Source: Vicugna vicugna (Eukaryota). From it: a stretch of DNA of 64,000 nucleotides. The position numbers and the translations under genes were made by a program. How positions within the stretch are numbered: position 1 is the stretch's first letter; every line of letters starts with the position of its first letter. Below are positions 1 to 14,500 of this stretch, in pieces. The notes below the pieces were generated by a model. The model did not search any database, was not told the DNA's origin, and saw nothing but the letters and a program-made list of their open reading frames with translations. The stretch is from NCBI GenBank assembly GCA_013265495.1, contig MU058198.1, forward strand, positions 1,934,419 through 1,998,418, given 5' to 3'.

Positions 1-431
1 GATGTAGTGATGGGATGATAAAGAGCAGTAGGATGGGGGAAGAGAGGCAGAAAGAAGAACAGTACTGCAGATCTGGGTAAATGAAAAGGGTAAAAATTCA
101 TCTTAAACTCAGAAATCCCTAAGGGTGTCACTCTATCATTTATTAGATAATTCTTAAAATATCTTATTTTGTCAAGAGTGAGGAGAGTGAGAATGGAAGG
201 AGTAGTACTTAGTAAGCCAAGTCCTACCTAGAACAGTAGTCGGTGACCTCCAAGGGAAGTTGTGTATTCAAACAGTTCTAAACTATAGGACAGTAAACTT
301 TCAGGGGTGGGACAATGTGGAAAAAAATGGAAAGGAAAACTTAATGTAAAATTTAGTGACTTGAAAAGCCATGCTATTACTGAGTGTCTGTAGAACCTGG
401 GACTGTTTTTGTACAGTAATGCAGCAGGCTT

Positions 432-2700
432 CCAGCTTCTCCAGATCCTCTCTAACAATTGTCATTTTCCTTTTTAATTATTATTCTAGCCTTCCTAGTA
501 GGTGTGAAATTGTATCTCATTGTTGTTTCAATTTTCATTTATTAATGATCAATGATACTGAACATCTTTTCATGTGCTTGTTGTCCATTTGTATGTCTTC
601 TTTGTAGAAATGTCTATTCAAATTCTTTGCCCATTTTTACATTGGGCTGTTTGCCTTTATAATTTCTGGATACTAGACCTTTCTCTGTTATGCAGTGTGC
701 AAAGATTTTCTCCCATTCTGTGGGCTTATACTTTCTTGATAGTGTCCTTTGATGCACAATCGTCTTTAATTTTAATGAAGTCCAGTTTATCTATTTGATT
801 GCTTGTACACTTTAGGTATCAAATCACTGCTTAATCAAAGCTCACAGAGACTTACTCCAGTGTTTTCTTCTAAGACGTTTATAGTTTTAGCTGTTATATT
901 CAAGTTTTTAGTTGATTTTTGCATAAGGTATGATAGGGTTCCAGCTTGATTCTTTTGAATATCCAGTTGTTCCATCACTCTTAATTTAAAGCACTATGAA
1001 TTTCCCTCACCTAATTGACTTGGCATTTTTGTTAAAATCAATTGACCTTAGAAGTATGGATTTATTTCTGGATTTTCAGTTGTATTTTATTGATATATAT
1101 GTTTATCTTTATGCCAGTACCACACCCATCTTGATTACTTTAGCTTTGTAGTGAGTTTTGAAATTGGAAGATGATACTTTGCAATTCCATATACATTTAA
1201 GAATTAGCTTGTCTTTACACAAAAAAACAAACCTAGTAGGATTTTTACTGAGATTGCTTTAATTTTATAGAACAATTTAAAAAGTTTTAACGTTTTTACT
1301 GTTTTTAGTTTTACAATCTGTAAAGTTGGTACATTCCTTTACTCATTTAGTTCTACCATCCATTTTTAACTTAGGTCTTCCTTATGTTTACTTAATTCTG
1401 TTTAGTAGTTATTGGTTTAGAGATATGCAAATATATTGTTAGCTTTATTCCTGCTTATCTTCTGATGCTGTTATAAATAGTATCACTTTTTGAGGTGTCA
1501 TTTTTATTGTTTGTTGCTGATATAGAGAAATACAGTTAAAAGAGTTTATTTTTAAAATTAAGCTTGCTAAGTTATTTTATTCATTTTAATAATCTATGTG
1601 AGAGGGGAGGGTATAGCTCAAGTAGTAGAGCACATGCTTAGCATGCACGAGGTCCTGGGTTCAACTCCCAGTACCTCCTCTAAAAATAAATGAACTTGAC
1701 TACCCCCCATCCACAAAAATAAAATAATTAAATAATACAACAACAAATAAATTAAATACTTTAAAAAATAATAACCTATGTGTAGATTGCTTTTTATTTT
1801 CAATGTATATATTCAAAGCAGATGCTAATAGTGTATTTCTTTTCCAATCATATATATTTATTTCTTGTTTTTGACTGACTGCTTTGTCAAGGATATATAG
1901 TTGAAACTGGATCAAAGTGGTGATAACAGACATCCAGTTTTGTTCCAATTTCACAGCGAACGTTTTCCACTGAAATTGTGCCCCTATGTCACTCAGCTTT
2001 TATTAGCCAGAATTGGGATTCAAAAGATCCCAGTTCCCTGGATTAAGGAAGTTTCTTTCTATCACACGTTTGGTAAGAGTTTTTTCAATTATGAATAATT
2101 TTTCAATTTTATCTGATGCTTTTTACTGCTTCTGTTGAGACATGCAAATGATTTTTCTTCTTTGTTCTACTAAATTACATATTTATTCTATTAAATTACA
2201 TAGTGAATTATATAGGCTGAATTTATAATATTAAATAAATAACAAATTAAATAATAAATGGAATAACTGCAATGAGATGTTCTTTGGAAAGAATTTTAAT
2301 TATTGATCATATTTCTTTAATAAAGATAAGATCATTTGGGTATTCTATTAATAATTTGGAGAGAGGATTTAATAGAGTTTTTGTAAGATCATTCATTCCA
2401 CCTAAATTTTCAAATGTATAGGAGTAAATTTGCTCATAATATCACATGGTATTTTTAACACCTGTAAGTTCTATAGTGATATCCCCATTTTCATTCATGA
2501 TATTACTAATTTTTTCCATTTGTATTTTTTTCTTGACCAGTATTACTAGAGGTTTATTAACTATATTAGCCTTTTCAAAAACGTCTTTCATGTTTATTGA
2601 TTCTTTCTATTCTGTTTGTTTTCTAACATTAATTTATGTTCTTTGTTACTTTCTGCTACATGATCCATTTGGGGGCTTTATTTTCTAACATCGTGTGTTT
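432..2700 (-). mobile_element. Old L1 ORF2/3' fragments, interrupted by the SINE
   Basis: Typical antisense L1 text (tctcattgttgtttcaatt, gaacatcttttcatgtgcttgttgtccatttg). Boundaries approximate. Confidence 0.7.
1601..1769 (+). mobile_element. tRNA-derived SINE, camelid Vic-1-like
   Basis: tRNA-like head with A box (TAGCTCAAGTAG) and B box (GGTTCAACTCC), A-rich tail, and a TSD aataa(t/c)ctatgtg at 1588-1600 and 1770-1782. Confidence 0.85.
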
Positions 2701-5362
2701 TTAAATCATTTATTCTCAGTCTGTATTCTTTTCATGATGTATATCAGTGGTTTGGGAGGTTTTTTTTTTTTTTTTGCTTAAATTCTCTGAGTTTCTTGCA
2801 TCTGTGACTTGATATCTCAGTACTTTTGGAAAATTCTCTTCTTGAGAAGGCAACAGTTCTGAGAAGAACAACTCGGAAGGTAGAATTATCCCTTGGGCAC
2901 TTGATGTTGTATAAAAAGTAGGAAAACTAGCATAAGTTAAGTGTATTGCAGAAACAAAAGGTTATCAGGGAATCAGAAAACTATGTCCATACCACCACCA
3001 CCACCACTATCTGCAGCAGAACCTTTATTTTACCCTACCAACAGAAATAGCTTTCATAAACTAAGCAGCCAAGTAATTAGCTCAAAATCATCATCATTAC
3101 TCCATAAAATGATTATTTTGATGATCCATGAAAATTCAAAACAATTCACAACAGAGATAGCCAACATTCATACAAAACTAGGTATGACAAGACAAAAAAT
3201 AAAAATGAAACGTGAGAAAATAGTCTTGTAAAAACCACAGAGATAACTTAATTAGAAATATATATAGTGGATGCAAGGCAAGGGAGCAAATGTGTTGATA
3301 CTAGGTGGAGGGAGTGGTCTTTACTGTACTATTAGTTCAATTTCACTTAAGGTTTGCAAATTTTAGAAATTATAACGTGGAGGGAAAACAAGTTCAAGAA
3401 GACTACCAAGAGTATAGTAAACTACTTCTTTAAGTTCAAATTTTAAAATTGTAATATTATTTACTGAAATATATATGTGTGTGTATATATATTTGTGTGT
3501 GTGTATGACGGCCACTTGTATATATGTAAAATAGCGATGCAGAAAATGATTCATCTTAGTGGTTACCTCTGGAGGATAGACAAGTGAAGGAAAACATTAA
3601 GTATTCACAAATTATTTGGAAACTTTTCATTTGGGGGAGCTAGGTTTATAGATTCCATTATGATATTATGCTTAAAATTTATACATATAAGCTTCTGTAT
3701 GAATCAAGTACTTTTAAAACATAATTCTAAAGTGTGAAGAATGGAAAAGATGAACCAGTACTAGATGTGATGGTCTACGCAGAAATCTAAAAGAATCCCC
3801 TGATAAATTATTAGACTTTGTAAGAATTTAATGTGATAGATGAATGAAAAATAAACACAAACATAAAGTTCAGTTGCATCTCTATACAACTACGAAAACT
3901 TATAAAATATGATCCTAAAAAAAGAGAGTTCAGTAGCCAAATATGAAACACTCTTAATGCTGCTAAAAGCATTGGGATGCATGTACCTTTTCAAATTAGT
4001 GTTTTTGTTTTCTTCAGGTATATACTCAGGACTGGAATCACTGGATCATATGGTGGTTCTATTTTTAATTTTTTAAGGCACCTTCATATTATTTTCCACA
4101 GTGGATGTACCAATTTACATTTCCACCAACTGTAATCAAAACAGTATGGTGACGTACACAAAAATAGACATATAGATCAATGGAACAGAGTAGAGAAGCC
4201 AGAAATAAACTTCAGGCACATATGGTCAATCAATTTATGACCAAAAAGAGAAAAATATAAAAGGAAGAAAAGACAGTTTCTTCAATAAATGATGCTGGGA
4301 AAACTGGACAACCTACTTATGAAAGAATGAAATTATAGCATTTCTCACAGCATACACAAAAATAAACTCAAAATGGATGAAAGACCCAAATATAAAACCA
4401 GAACCCATATGCATCTCTTTTTTGATGAGATAAAAATAGCGCTTTACCTCTGTGATCTTCCTCCCCACAACCTCCGAATAAGACTAGTCTAATTATGACA
4501 AAAAAAAATCAGACAAATCCTAATTGAGAGACATCTTACAAAACTTTTAATAATGTCATCAAAAATAAGGTAAATCTGAGAAACCATTACTACCAAGAGG
4601 AACTTAGAGAGACATGAATACTAAATGTAATGTGGATTCTACATTGGATCATGGATCAAAAAAAGGACATTACATTTTAAAAATCTAGGAAATTTGAATA
4701 AATAAGGGACTTTGATTAATAATAATGTTCGTTAATTATAACATGTACCTTACTAATGTATGTTGTTAATAATTAGGGAAACAAGAGTGCAGGTATATGA
4801 AATTCTCTATATTCTCTTTGCAATTTTTCTGTTAAGTCTAAAACCATTTAAAATATTTTTTAAAGGAGGGTGACTTTATAATTTTCTTGTGACAGGAATT
4901 CTGTTCTTTTTACTCATTAACTTTCTTCTCAAGAAAGTTTAAAATGTGTCAACTAATGGTCATTTTTACTTTTTATAAACATTGTCTTTTGCTAGGGTAT
5001 TTGCAATCTAATACTTTCTTTTAATTGTCAGTTTAAGGTTTCACACTTCTGAAATGATTTGAAGCCTCGTTTTCATGACATGCAATCATTATTAAACATA
5101 TACATAAATGTATTAATATTTATAAGCTTACTTGATTAACATATATTTATGAAGATCAGTCTCCAAAATTCATTGTTCAAATGGTATTTTTGTAACAGGA
5201 TAATTACTTCTCTCACTCTAAATACTTTACTTGTCTCAATTTAACCTAATATTTCATTTCATCCTATATTCCTTCCTCTTGGTTGTTTCCTTAGGCCTTG
5301 TTTATGGTGTCAGTGTTCTACAGTAAAATATCTCTCCCTCTTTTTTTTTTTTTTTTTTGCAG

Positions 5363-5547
5363 TCTCATATAGTGCAAAGAACATTTATTCTATGGAAGAA
5401 CAAATGATTGGAAAGTATATGATTATGATGAGTACCACAGGCTTTATTTTTCTTCTCTTGCTTTTGTTTTTGGACACTACTTTGTGGAAATTAAGAACAT
5501 TTTTCAATCAATACATTTACTTTGGTATCTATAAGACATTCAGAAAG
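5363..5547 (+). CDS. Gene 1 exon: last TM helix of TMD2 ([61 protein letters not shown])
   Basis: Long poly-T tract plus gcag acceptor, aag|gtgagt donor, open frame, hydrophobic helix, phase 1 to 0. Confidence 0.88.
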
Positions 5548-8500
5548 GTGAGTGATTAAGCATAGACCTTAAGAATAACTCCAAGGAAATGGAACAATGG
5601 GCCTAAAAACCCTGTATCTACATACGAATATATCAGTTACTGAATAAAAGAAAAATGCGTCCACAGAAATATATTTTCTTAAAACTTATTGAGGTATAAT
5701 TTACCTACAATAAACTGCATTCATTTTGTTCGTTTCAAGGAACCAAATTGTCTCCATTAACCTCCTCTATTGTTTGGCTTTTTCTCTTTCATTGATTTAT
5801 TTTGGTTTTTATTTTTATCATTTCCTTGCTTCTATTCACTTTTGTTTTACGTTTCTCCTTTTTTTCTAGATTTTTTTATGGGAAGCCTGAAGCATTCTCT
5901 TTAGGTGTTTCTTTTTTCCTTATACATAAACATTTAAAGCTAAATAAACATCTCCCTATAAGCAGCGCTCTAGCCATACCCTGAAAAAAATTGATTTCTT
6001 ATATATTATTATCCCTCAAATGTTCAAAGTATTTCCTAATTTTCTGTGTGATTTCTTTTTTGGATGAAGGGATTACCTAAGAGTCTGTAGATTAATTTCC
6101 AAATATTTGGGAGTTTGCTAGATACAGTATTATTGAGTCAACTTAATTGCTTTATGGTTAAAGAAACATTCTATATTCAATCCTTTAAAATCCATTGATA
6201 GTTGTTCTATAGCTCAGAATATGATCAGTCTTCATGATGTGCCATGTGCACTTGAAATAAGTGCATTTTTCATTTGTTTTGTTATAATGTCCTATTAATA
6301 TCAATTAGGTTATGGTGATTGATAGTATTGTTTACACAACCTAGTTGTTAACTGATATTTTTGTCTGACTGATCTATCAATTGCTAAGAAAAGGGTCTAA
6401 GATTCCAATCCTGATGGTAAGTTTATTATTTCTTCCTTTAATTATGTCGATTGTTTCTTTATATATTTTAAATATCTATCAATAAACATTTATTATTGTA
6501 TGTCTTCCTGAATTGAATTATAAAATATCACTCTATCTCTGGTAATATTCTTTGTCTTCAAATAAGTTTTTTCTGGTACTACCATGGCACCTCCAATCTT
6601 CCTACGCTTACGTTTGCATGGTGTATCATTTTACATCCAGTTATTTTCAAACTTCTGTGACTATAAACAGCATGTAGTTGGGTCTTAATGCTATTCTTTC
6701 TAGTAGTCTCTGACTTCTAAAACTGAGAGTTCAGTCATTTATATGGTTGAAATTTTATCTACCACCTTTATTATTCGGTTTGTTTGCCCCTTCTGTTTTT
6801 TGTGTCTCTGCTTTCCCATTCCTGCCTTGCCTTGATTATTTGAATATATATGGAACTCCATTTTAATTTTTCAATTGAATTTTTAACTGTGTTTCTTTAC
6901 ATTGCCTTTAGTGTCTGGTATAGTGTTTACAAAATATATACTAATTTTTAATAATTTATTTAGGGTTTATATTGTAAAAATGTAGAAAACATGAAACTGT
7001 GTGTCCATTTCTACCACTCACTGTTTTTAATGCTATAGTTGTCATGTGTCTTACATCTATATATGTCCTTAACATTTTTAACCATGAAAAATTATACTGT
7101 AATTTTACCTTAAAACATCATTTGTTTCAAAGTAATTAATAGGAAAAATGCTTTTATGGTTACCTAGATATTTAAAATCTCTGGTGCCATTCATTCTTCC
7201 CTGAATATGAGCTTCCTTCCATCCTTTCCCTTTAAGTTGAAAATTTTCTTCATCATTTATTTTGGTGAAAAATTGGAGAAGAAATATCTTTGTCTTCATT
7301 TACCTGAAAATATCTTTATTTATTTTTATTCTTGAAGTATATTTTTTTGCTTTTTTCCGGAAGTCTGGATTGATAGTTGTTGGGTTTTTTACTCAGCACT
7401 TCTAACAATGTCATTTCACTGTCTTCTGGCTTATTTTAATTCAGAAAAGAATATAGCAGTCATTCAAATTATTGTTCTGTCTTATAAAATATATATGCTT
7501 TTCTTTGGGTGTCTTCAAGAGTTTCTGTTTATCTTTCATTTCCTCCTGTTTGACTATAATGTACCAAGGCATGATGCCCACTTGGATAAGCTGGAACCAT
7601 ATTTTCCAGACCTCCCTTCTTATACTGTTTCAGTTTAGAGTTGGTGAAACAAGAAATTCATATGAGATTTTGAAGGCAGAATTTAAGCAGCAACACCTTA
7701 CTCTCTTAAAATCATTGTGATTAGTGACAGTGAAAATTAGATACAGAGGCGCCAGTGGAATCCAGCTTGTTCATGCTCTCCCCCAGTTTACATCCAGTTC
7801 TTCGAACTGCTTGCCCTGCTAACTGGCAGGCAACCAAGCTCTAATGCAGAGACAATAGCCATCTGTATGCCTCTATACAAGCTTTCCTTCAAAGTCCCGT
7901 CCACAAGTTGTAAGTGGCTGGCTTCCAACTTCCCTGGCAGGGTCTGATTTCTATACCTGCACCACTGCTACAAAATATCTGTTTAGTGATTCTTCTCTGA
8001 TTCACCAGTTCTCTCTACTTGTCATACATTTATTTAGATTTTCTATTACTTCTTGAGTCACTTGTAGTAATTTTTGTGTTTGAAATCTTTATGATTTCAT
8101 CTGTTATCTAATGTATTTGGCCTGCAATTGTTCATAGTGTTTCTTTATAATCCCTTTCTATTTTCATATAAAGTCAATAATAATATCCCCTTCTTATTTC
8201 TAAGAAAAAAGTTATCTTGGTCATTCTAAATAAAGTTTTGTAAATTTTGCTTATCTTTGTGGAGAGTCAACTGGGTTCATTGGTTGTATCTATTTTTAAA
8301 ATTTTCTGCTTTATTAATTTCTTCTCTAATGTTTATTATTTCCTTCTTTTTGTTTGCTTTAGGTTTAACCTGCCCTTCTTTTCCAAGTGTCTAAATGTGG
8401 GAAATTATGTTCTTGATTTGAGATCTTTATTTTTTAAACATATGTTTTTAGAGCTATAAGTTTCCCTCTAAGCATTAATTTAACTGCATTTCATAAGTTT

Positions 8501-11500
8501 TGTTATGTCTTAATTTTCATTCATCTCAAAGAATTTTCTAATTTCTCTTGTAATCTTACTTGATCCACTGATTATCTTGCAGTGTTTCTTAATTTCCACA
8601 TGTTTATGTGTTTCCTTTGTTATTGATTTATAAATTTCATTGTATTGTCATCAGAGAACATACATTGTATTATTTCAATCCCTGTGAATTTGTTTGTTTG
8701 ATGACCTAGCTTATGGTCTGTCCTGGAAAATGTTCTGTGGGCACTTGAGAAGAATACATCTTCTGCTGTTGTTGAATATAGTGTTCTAAAGATGTCTGTT
8801 AGGTCTAGTTGGTTTAAAGTGTTGTTTGGTTCATCTTCTTAGTTCTCCTAGTAATTAGGAGTGGGTACTGAAGTCTCCAATTATTATTATTGAATTATCT
8901 TTTTCATGTCTGCCATTTTATGCCTCATATATTTTGAGACTCTGTTCTTAGTTGTATGTGTGTTTATAATTTTATGCCTTCATGATGGAATAACCCTTTA
9001 TCATTATGAAATGTCCCTCTTTATTTCTAACATGTTTTACAATCTGTTTGCGACTTTGAATGTAAAGTGAGTTTCTTGTAGTCAGTTGTATTAGGGTTCT
9101 CCAGAAAAATAGAAGCACTAGGATGATAGTGTGTGTGTGTGCACTTTTGTGCATCCCATAGATTTTGTATGGTTGTGTTCTCGTTGTCATTTTTCTCAAG
9201 GTATTTTTGGGATTAATATACACACTACTATATATAAAATAGATAAAAAAAAAACAAGGAAGTGCTGTATAGCACGGGAAACTCAGTATCTTTTAATAAC
9301 CTATAATGGAAAACAATTTGAAAAAGAATAGATATATGTATATGTATAACTGAATCATTTTGCTTTATACCTTAAACTATATTTCAATTAAAAATAAATC
9401 TTTTTAATGTTTAGGTTATGAAAATATAAGAAAAACTAACTGTTCTAGATAAAAGGAGATAGGAGACATGAAAACTGATGATACTGAGTGGTCCTGAATG
9501 AGACTAGAAAAAAATCATTTTTACTATATAAAATATATACTATATATCTTGTCACTATCACTTCTTTCTGCTTCTCAGGGGTTTACTTGTTCCATTTTAC
9601 TTTTATTTCTAGTTTCTTCTTGTAGAAGTTTGGATCATTTAGACTTTTATCCTTCTCAGTATAAATATTTACTTATATAATTCTCTCTCTAGGCACTGCT
9701 TTAGCTGCATCTTATAAATTTTGGTATAGTGTGTTACATTGTGTTTTAACTTTATTATCTTCTAAGCATTCTAATATCTTTGATTCTTTCTGTGTTATCG
9801 TTATTTACAAAATGTGCTGTTTAACTTGTAAATATTTCAAAATTACCTGGCTATCATTCTGCTATTAACTATAATTTTTTTTACTGTTTTTGGAATACCT
9901 ATTCCATCTTCATAAATTTATGAAGAGTTATATTATTGCCCAGAATATATCTCTATTTTGACATAAGTTCCTAGTGTACTTGAAAGAAAGCATAGTCTGC
10001 TCTTTTTGGGTGCAGTATTCTCTACATGTAAACTAGATCAAGTTGTTTGATAATATTGTTCAGTTCTATATCCTTACTGTTTTTTATCAACCTATTCTAC
10101 CAATTATCAAGAGATTAGTGTTAGAGACCCTAAGGATGACAGAGGATTTTCCTATTTCTCCTTTAGTTTTTCAGTTTTGGCCTTATGTATTTAGAGACTC
10201 AGATATTAGATGCATGTTCATTTAGGATTATTAGGTCCTATTAATGAATTGGTCTTTTATCATTATGTAGTTTCCTTTTTTTATCTCTGGTGATGCTCTG
10301 CTCTAAAATTTACTTACCTCACTTACTAAATCTTTTGTATATGTTTTGCATGTTTCTTTTTTATTATTTGGTTTTAACTTGTTTATATTATTGTGTTTAA
10401 ATGGGTTTCTTGTAGAAAGCGTATTTGACTTTGCCTTTTTCTATTCAATCTGACAATCTCTACCTTTTAATAGGAGAATTTAGGACACTTATAACTAATG
10501 TAATTTTTATGTGGTTGGTCTTAAACTCACTATTCTTGCTTTTTATTTTCTATTGTTTTCACATCTATACTTTGTGGGGTTTTTTCCTCCTTTCATGTCT
10601 TCTTTTGGATTAACTGTATTTTTATGAATCAGTTATGTCACCACTATTGACTGATTAGCTCAATCTCTTAGTTTTAACAATGTTAATTCTTCCAATCCAT
10701 GAGCATGGAATATCTTTCAATTTGTCATGTCTTCTTCAGTTTCTTTCATCAATGTGTTACAGTATATAGGAATTTCACCACTTTGGTTAAATTTATTCTT
10801 AGATATTTTATTCTTTTTTATGTAAATAGGAATGTGATTGTTTTCTTAATTTCACTTTCTGATAGTTATTAGCATATAGAAACACAAGAGGTTTTGTATA
10901 TTAATTTTATATCCTGCAACTTTACTAAATTTATTAGTTCTCCTTATGATTTTAGCTCTTTATTGAATTTCTTTTTGTTAATATATTGTTTTCCTGATTT
11001 CACTGACTTGTCTATTTGTGTTGTCATGCAGCTCACTATTTAAAACAATTATTTTGAATTTTTTGTTGGGTAATTTTTAAATCTCTATTTATTTGGAATC
11101 AGTTAATTGACATTTATTCTATTCCTTTGGTGCTGTCATATTTCCTTGATTTTTTGTGTTCTTTGTGACCTTGTGTAGATGTCTATACATTTGTAGGAGC
11201 AGTTATCTCCTCCAGGCTTTAGGACTGGCTTAGGTAGGGAAAGACCTTCACCTATATATGGGTGCAAGGGCACCAGCTGGGTAGGGTGCAGCAGCAGCTT
11301 TGGCTCAGGGTGGGAGTGGTACACAGTGGCATAAATTCTGGTCAGCTCCATCAGCTGAATTTAGCATTATTAAAGATTGCAAATGTCTTTGGCAGTGAAG
11401 GCTTCCCTAGCAGTGGTGAGAGCTGCTGATGTCCTCAACAATAAAGGAGTCTTCATGCTCTCCTTTTCTCTTAAGGAGGAAAGTTACAGGAAAAAAGCTT

Positions 11501-14500
11501 CTCCTTGGTGCCAATATATGCCAGGCTAGCGGATGGGTTGATGCAGCTAAAATGTATCCTCTGCTTTTCTAGGTGGCCATCCTTGGTTTTGTCCTCCACT
11601 GGGTTGCTGCAGCTTCCGTATTGTACTCAAGAGCCCTCCCAGAGCTATTTTCTATGCAGCTATTTGTTAAATCATTGGGTTTTGGGGGGGAGGGTGGGAA
11701 TGAGCAGTGTGGCTTTGTAATCCAACATCATGTAGCATCACTTTCTATTGTCTCTTGTGAAAAGTCAGGTGTTAATCTTATCAGGAATCTCTTATGACAA
11801 AGAGTTTTTCTCTTGCTGAGTTCAAGACTTTCTCCTTGTCTTTGGCATTCGCATTTTTTTATGATATGCCTGTGGGCAGATCTATTTGTGTTCATCCTAC
11901 TTGGCATTCACTAGGCTCTAGGTATGGAGATTAATGTTTTTCATCAAATTAGCAATGTTTCCAGCCATTTCTCCTCCAAAATTTTTCTGCTTCCTTCTCT
12001 ATTTTCCATTTGACATTCACATTATGTATATGTTGGTGAAATTAATAGTGCCCCATATTTCTCTGAGGGGGTGTTCATTTTTCTTGATTCTTTTTTCTCT
12101 CCACCCTTCAGATTTCATATTCTCTTTCTGACTATCTACAAGTTTTCTAATTCTTTCTTCCGCCAGTTGAAAACTACTATTGAGCCCCATAATGAGTTTT
12201 TCATTTCAGTTATTATTCTTTTCAATTCCAGAACTTCTATTTGATTCTTTTTAATCATTTCTATCTTGTTATTGATATTCTCTCTTTGATAAACATTGCC
12301 ATCATACGTCCCTTTACACCTTCAGGCATGGTTCCTTTACTTTGAAAATATTTGTAATGATTACTTTGGAGCCTTTGTTAAATCTGACATACGATGGTTT
12401 TTATAGGCAGTTTCTGTTACCTGCTTTTTTCAGGTGTATGGGACACAGTTTCTATTGCTTTTCATGTCTTTTTTTTTTTCTTTGCTAAACTCTGAATATT
12501 TAAAATAGGTAAAATATGTGGAGTACTATCCTTCCACAGGGACTTTTTGCTGTTTGCTAGTTTTTAGTAACTGTCTAGGCTGTTTTAGTGAAGTCTATTT
12601 TTCTTGTAATGCGAAGTCTCTGATGTTGTTTCTTAAGTGACACAGACCTGAGCATGGGCACAGTCATTCTGTAATAATAGTGATTTTTACAGGATTCTCT
12701 GACTGTCTCTCCATTACTATACCCAGCTGTTAAGCTTCACTAATTGCTGGCTTATTTCTGTATTGTTTTCAGCAATGCCCTAAGGCATAAGTTGCTCCAC
12801 AGACTAATTCCGTTAAATTTGGGTTCCTTTGCAGTAGTTAGAGATAAGTGTACAGGATTTGTTCTCACCCCAGAAGGGCTCTTCATAGCTATTTCTTTCC
12901 CTGGTTCTCTCTGGTAAACTAGCTAGCCTGTGGTTGATTTATATCTCTAATAAAGCTGCCAGTCATTTCTTAATTGCTTTACATTAAACATCCACTGTTT
13001 TGAGTGGATCCTTAGGTTTGAATTTCCCCATACTGTCTTAAATAAAGACAGTTCTGTGGGTAGAACATATGCCCTCTCTCTTTTACAGCCAAAATCTACC
13101 CCTGGGAAAAATCTCTGAGCCATGTCTCCAAAGCTGTGGACAGGGACAGTGGTGTGCTTCTCACTTGAGGGGCATCTCTACTTCAAGAGATGGGTGCTCA
13201 GTAGGGGATAGTAATCTCCGGTCTTCCTGGCTTGCCCCTTCCAGCATGAAGTTTCTGCCTTAAGACTGAATTAGAGCCCCGTATACCACACCAACACAAA
13301 GTAGAGCCTCCACCCCATGTGCGGGGCTGGGTGGATGAAGGGAACTTCAAATTTGCAATTACACTCACCCAGAATATAGCCTCTGCAATAGGTAGATGGT
13401 GATTGGGATGAGAAATGCTAACATTCTTCCTTTCCCAAGAAGATGCCTTAGCCCTTGATTGTAAGGTGTGGGAAGTGAGAATCCCCTGTTCTTGGCGGCA
13501 CCTGCCTGGATTGAAGAGCTGAGAGAAAGGAGCAAAGAAGTGGGTCATGATTCAAATGCCACAGGGTTTTGTTCTTACCAAGTTTAGTAGATTTTCTTGA
13601 ATAAATGTTTCTTCATTTGATGTATTATGCCCTTACGATCATTTTCAAAGGCTTTTAATAGTTATTATTTAAATAATTTTTACCAGTTTCACAGGTCCAC
13701 ATATCTCCTCATGTTGCCATTTTGTCTTAAAGTTTTTCTATGTGAAGCCTTGTTGATTTTTTCTATCTCCCTTATAAGAGAACGAGTGAATCCTTTATTA
13801 GCCTTTCAATGTTGAACATACTGTAATTGTAATAAATCACACTTAATTGATCTCAGCTTTTCATGAGGTGTCCAATTCTAACCCAATAGGCTATGTGATC
13901 CTAATTTCTTAATCTGTGGAAATTAAAAAAAAATCAATGTGTTCTGAAGTGACTGGACAAAATGGTCTTAAAAATTATGCCAAATTTCTGTTCTAACATC
14001 TTGAGATCAGTTTCCTGAAGCTTTTTGGTCAAGATTACTAAGAAGCAATATTATTTTGTAATAGTTATTTTGAAAATATAGGCCATATGGTCCAGTGGGT
14101 TTCTCAGGAAATGTCTAGTTAAGCCTTGCTAGTTTTCTTAACTCCTTTCCCTATTTGATCTTGGAAAAAGTGATTTTTTTTCTTTTTTTTTTTAACATGG
14201 AAAAAGTGATTTATTAATAAAATTTTTAAAGATATAAAAAATTTAAAAGATATGAAGTACACACTTTAGCATGTTAATTCACACTCTTCCTGTGATTGGA
14301 AATAACTTTTCTTCTCCTCTGCTCCCCATCCTCAGTCTTCTGATGAGTTATTCATTATTCAAAACTTAGGTTGTACGTGAGATGTTGAGGTGATATTCAG
14401 AGACTTCTTTGAATGACTAAAACGTTCTCAGTTGACATCTTTGAGATTATCCCCCAGTGTAGCTTTCATGAAGCCACCCAGTCTAGATCAGACACCTAAA

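Noticed and set aside
1604..1676. tRNA-like sequence
   Set aside because: It is the head of a SINE with an A-rich tail and TSD, with two further diverged copies in the window. Not a tRNA gene.
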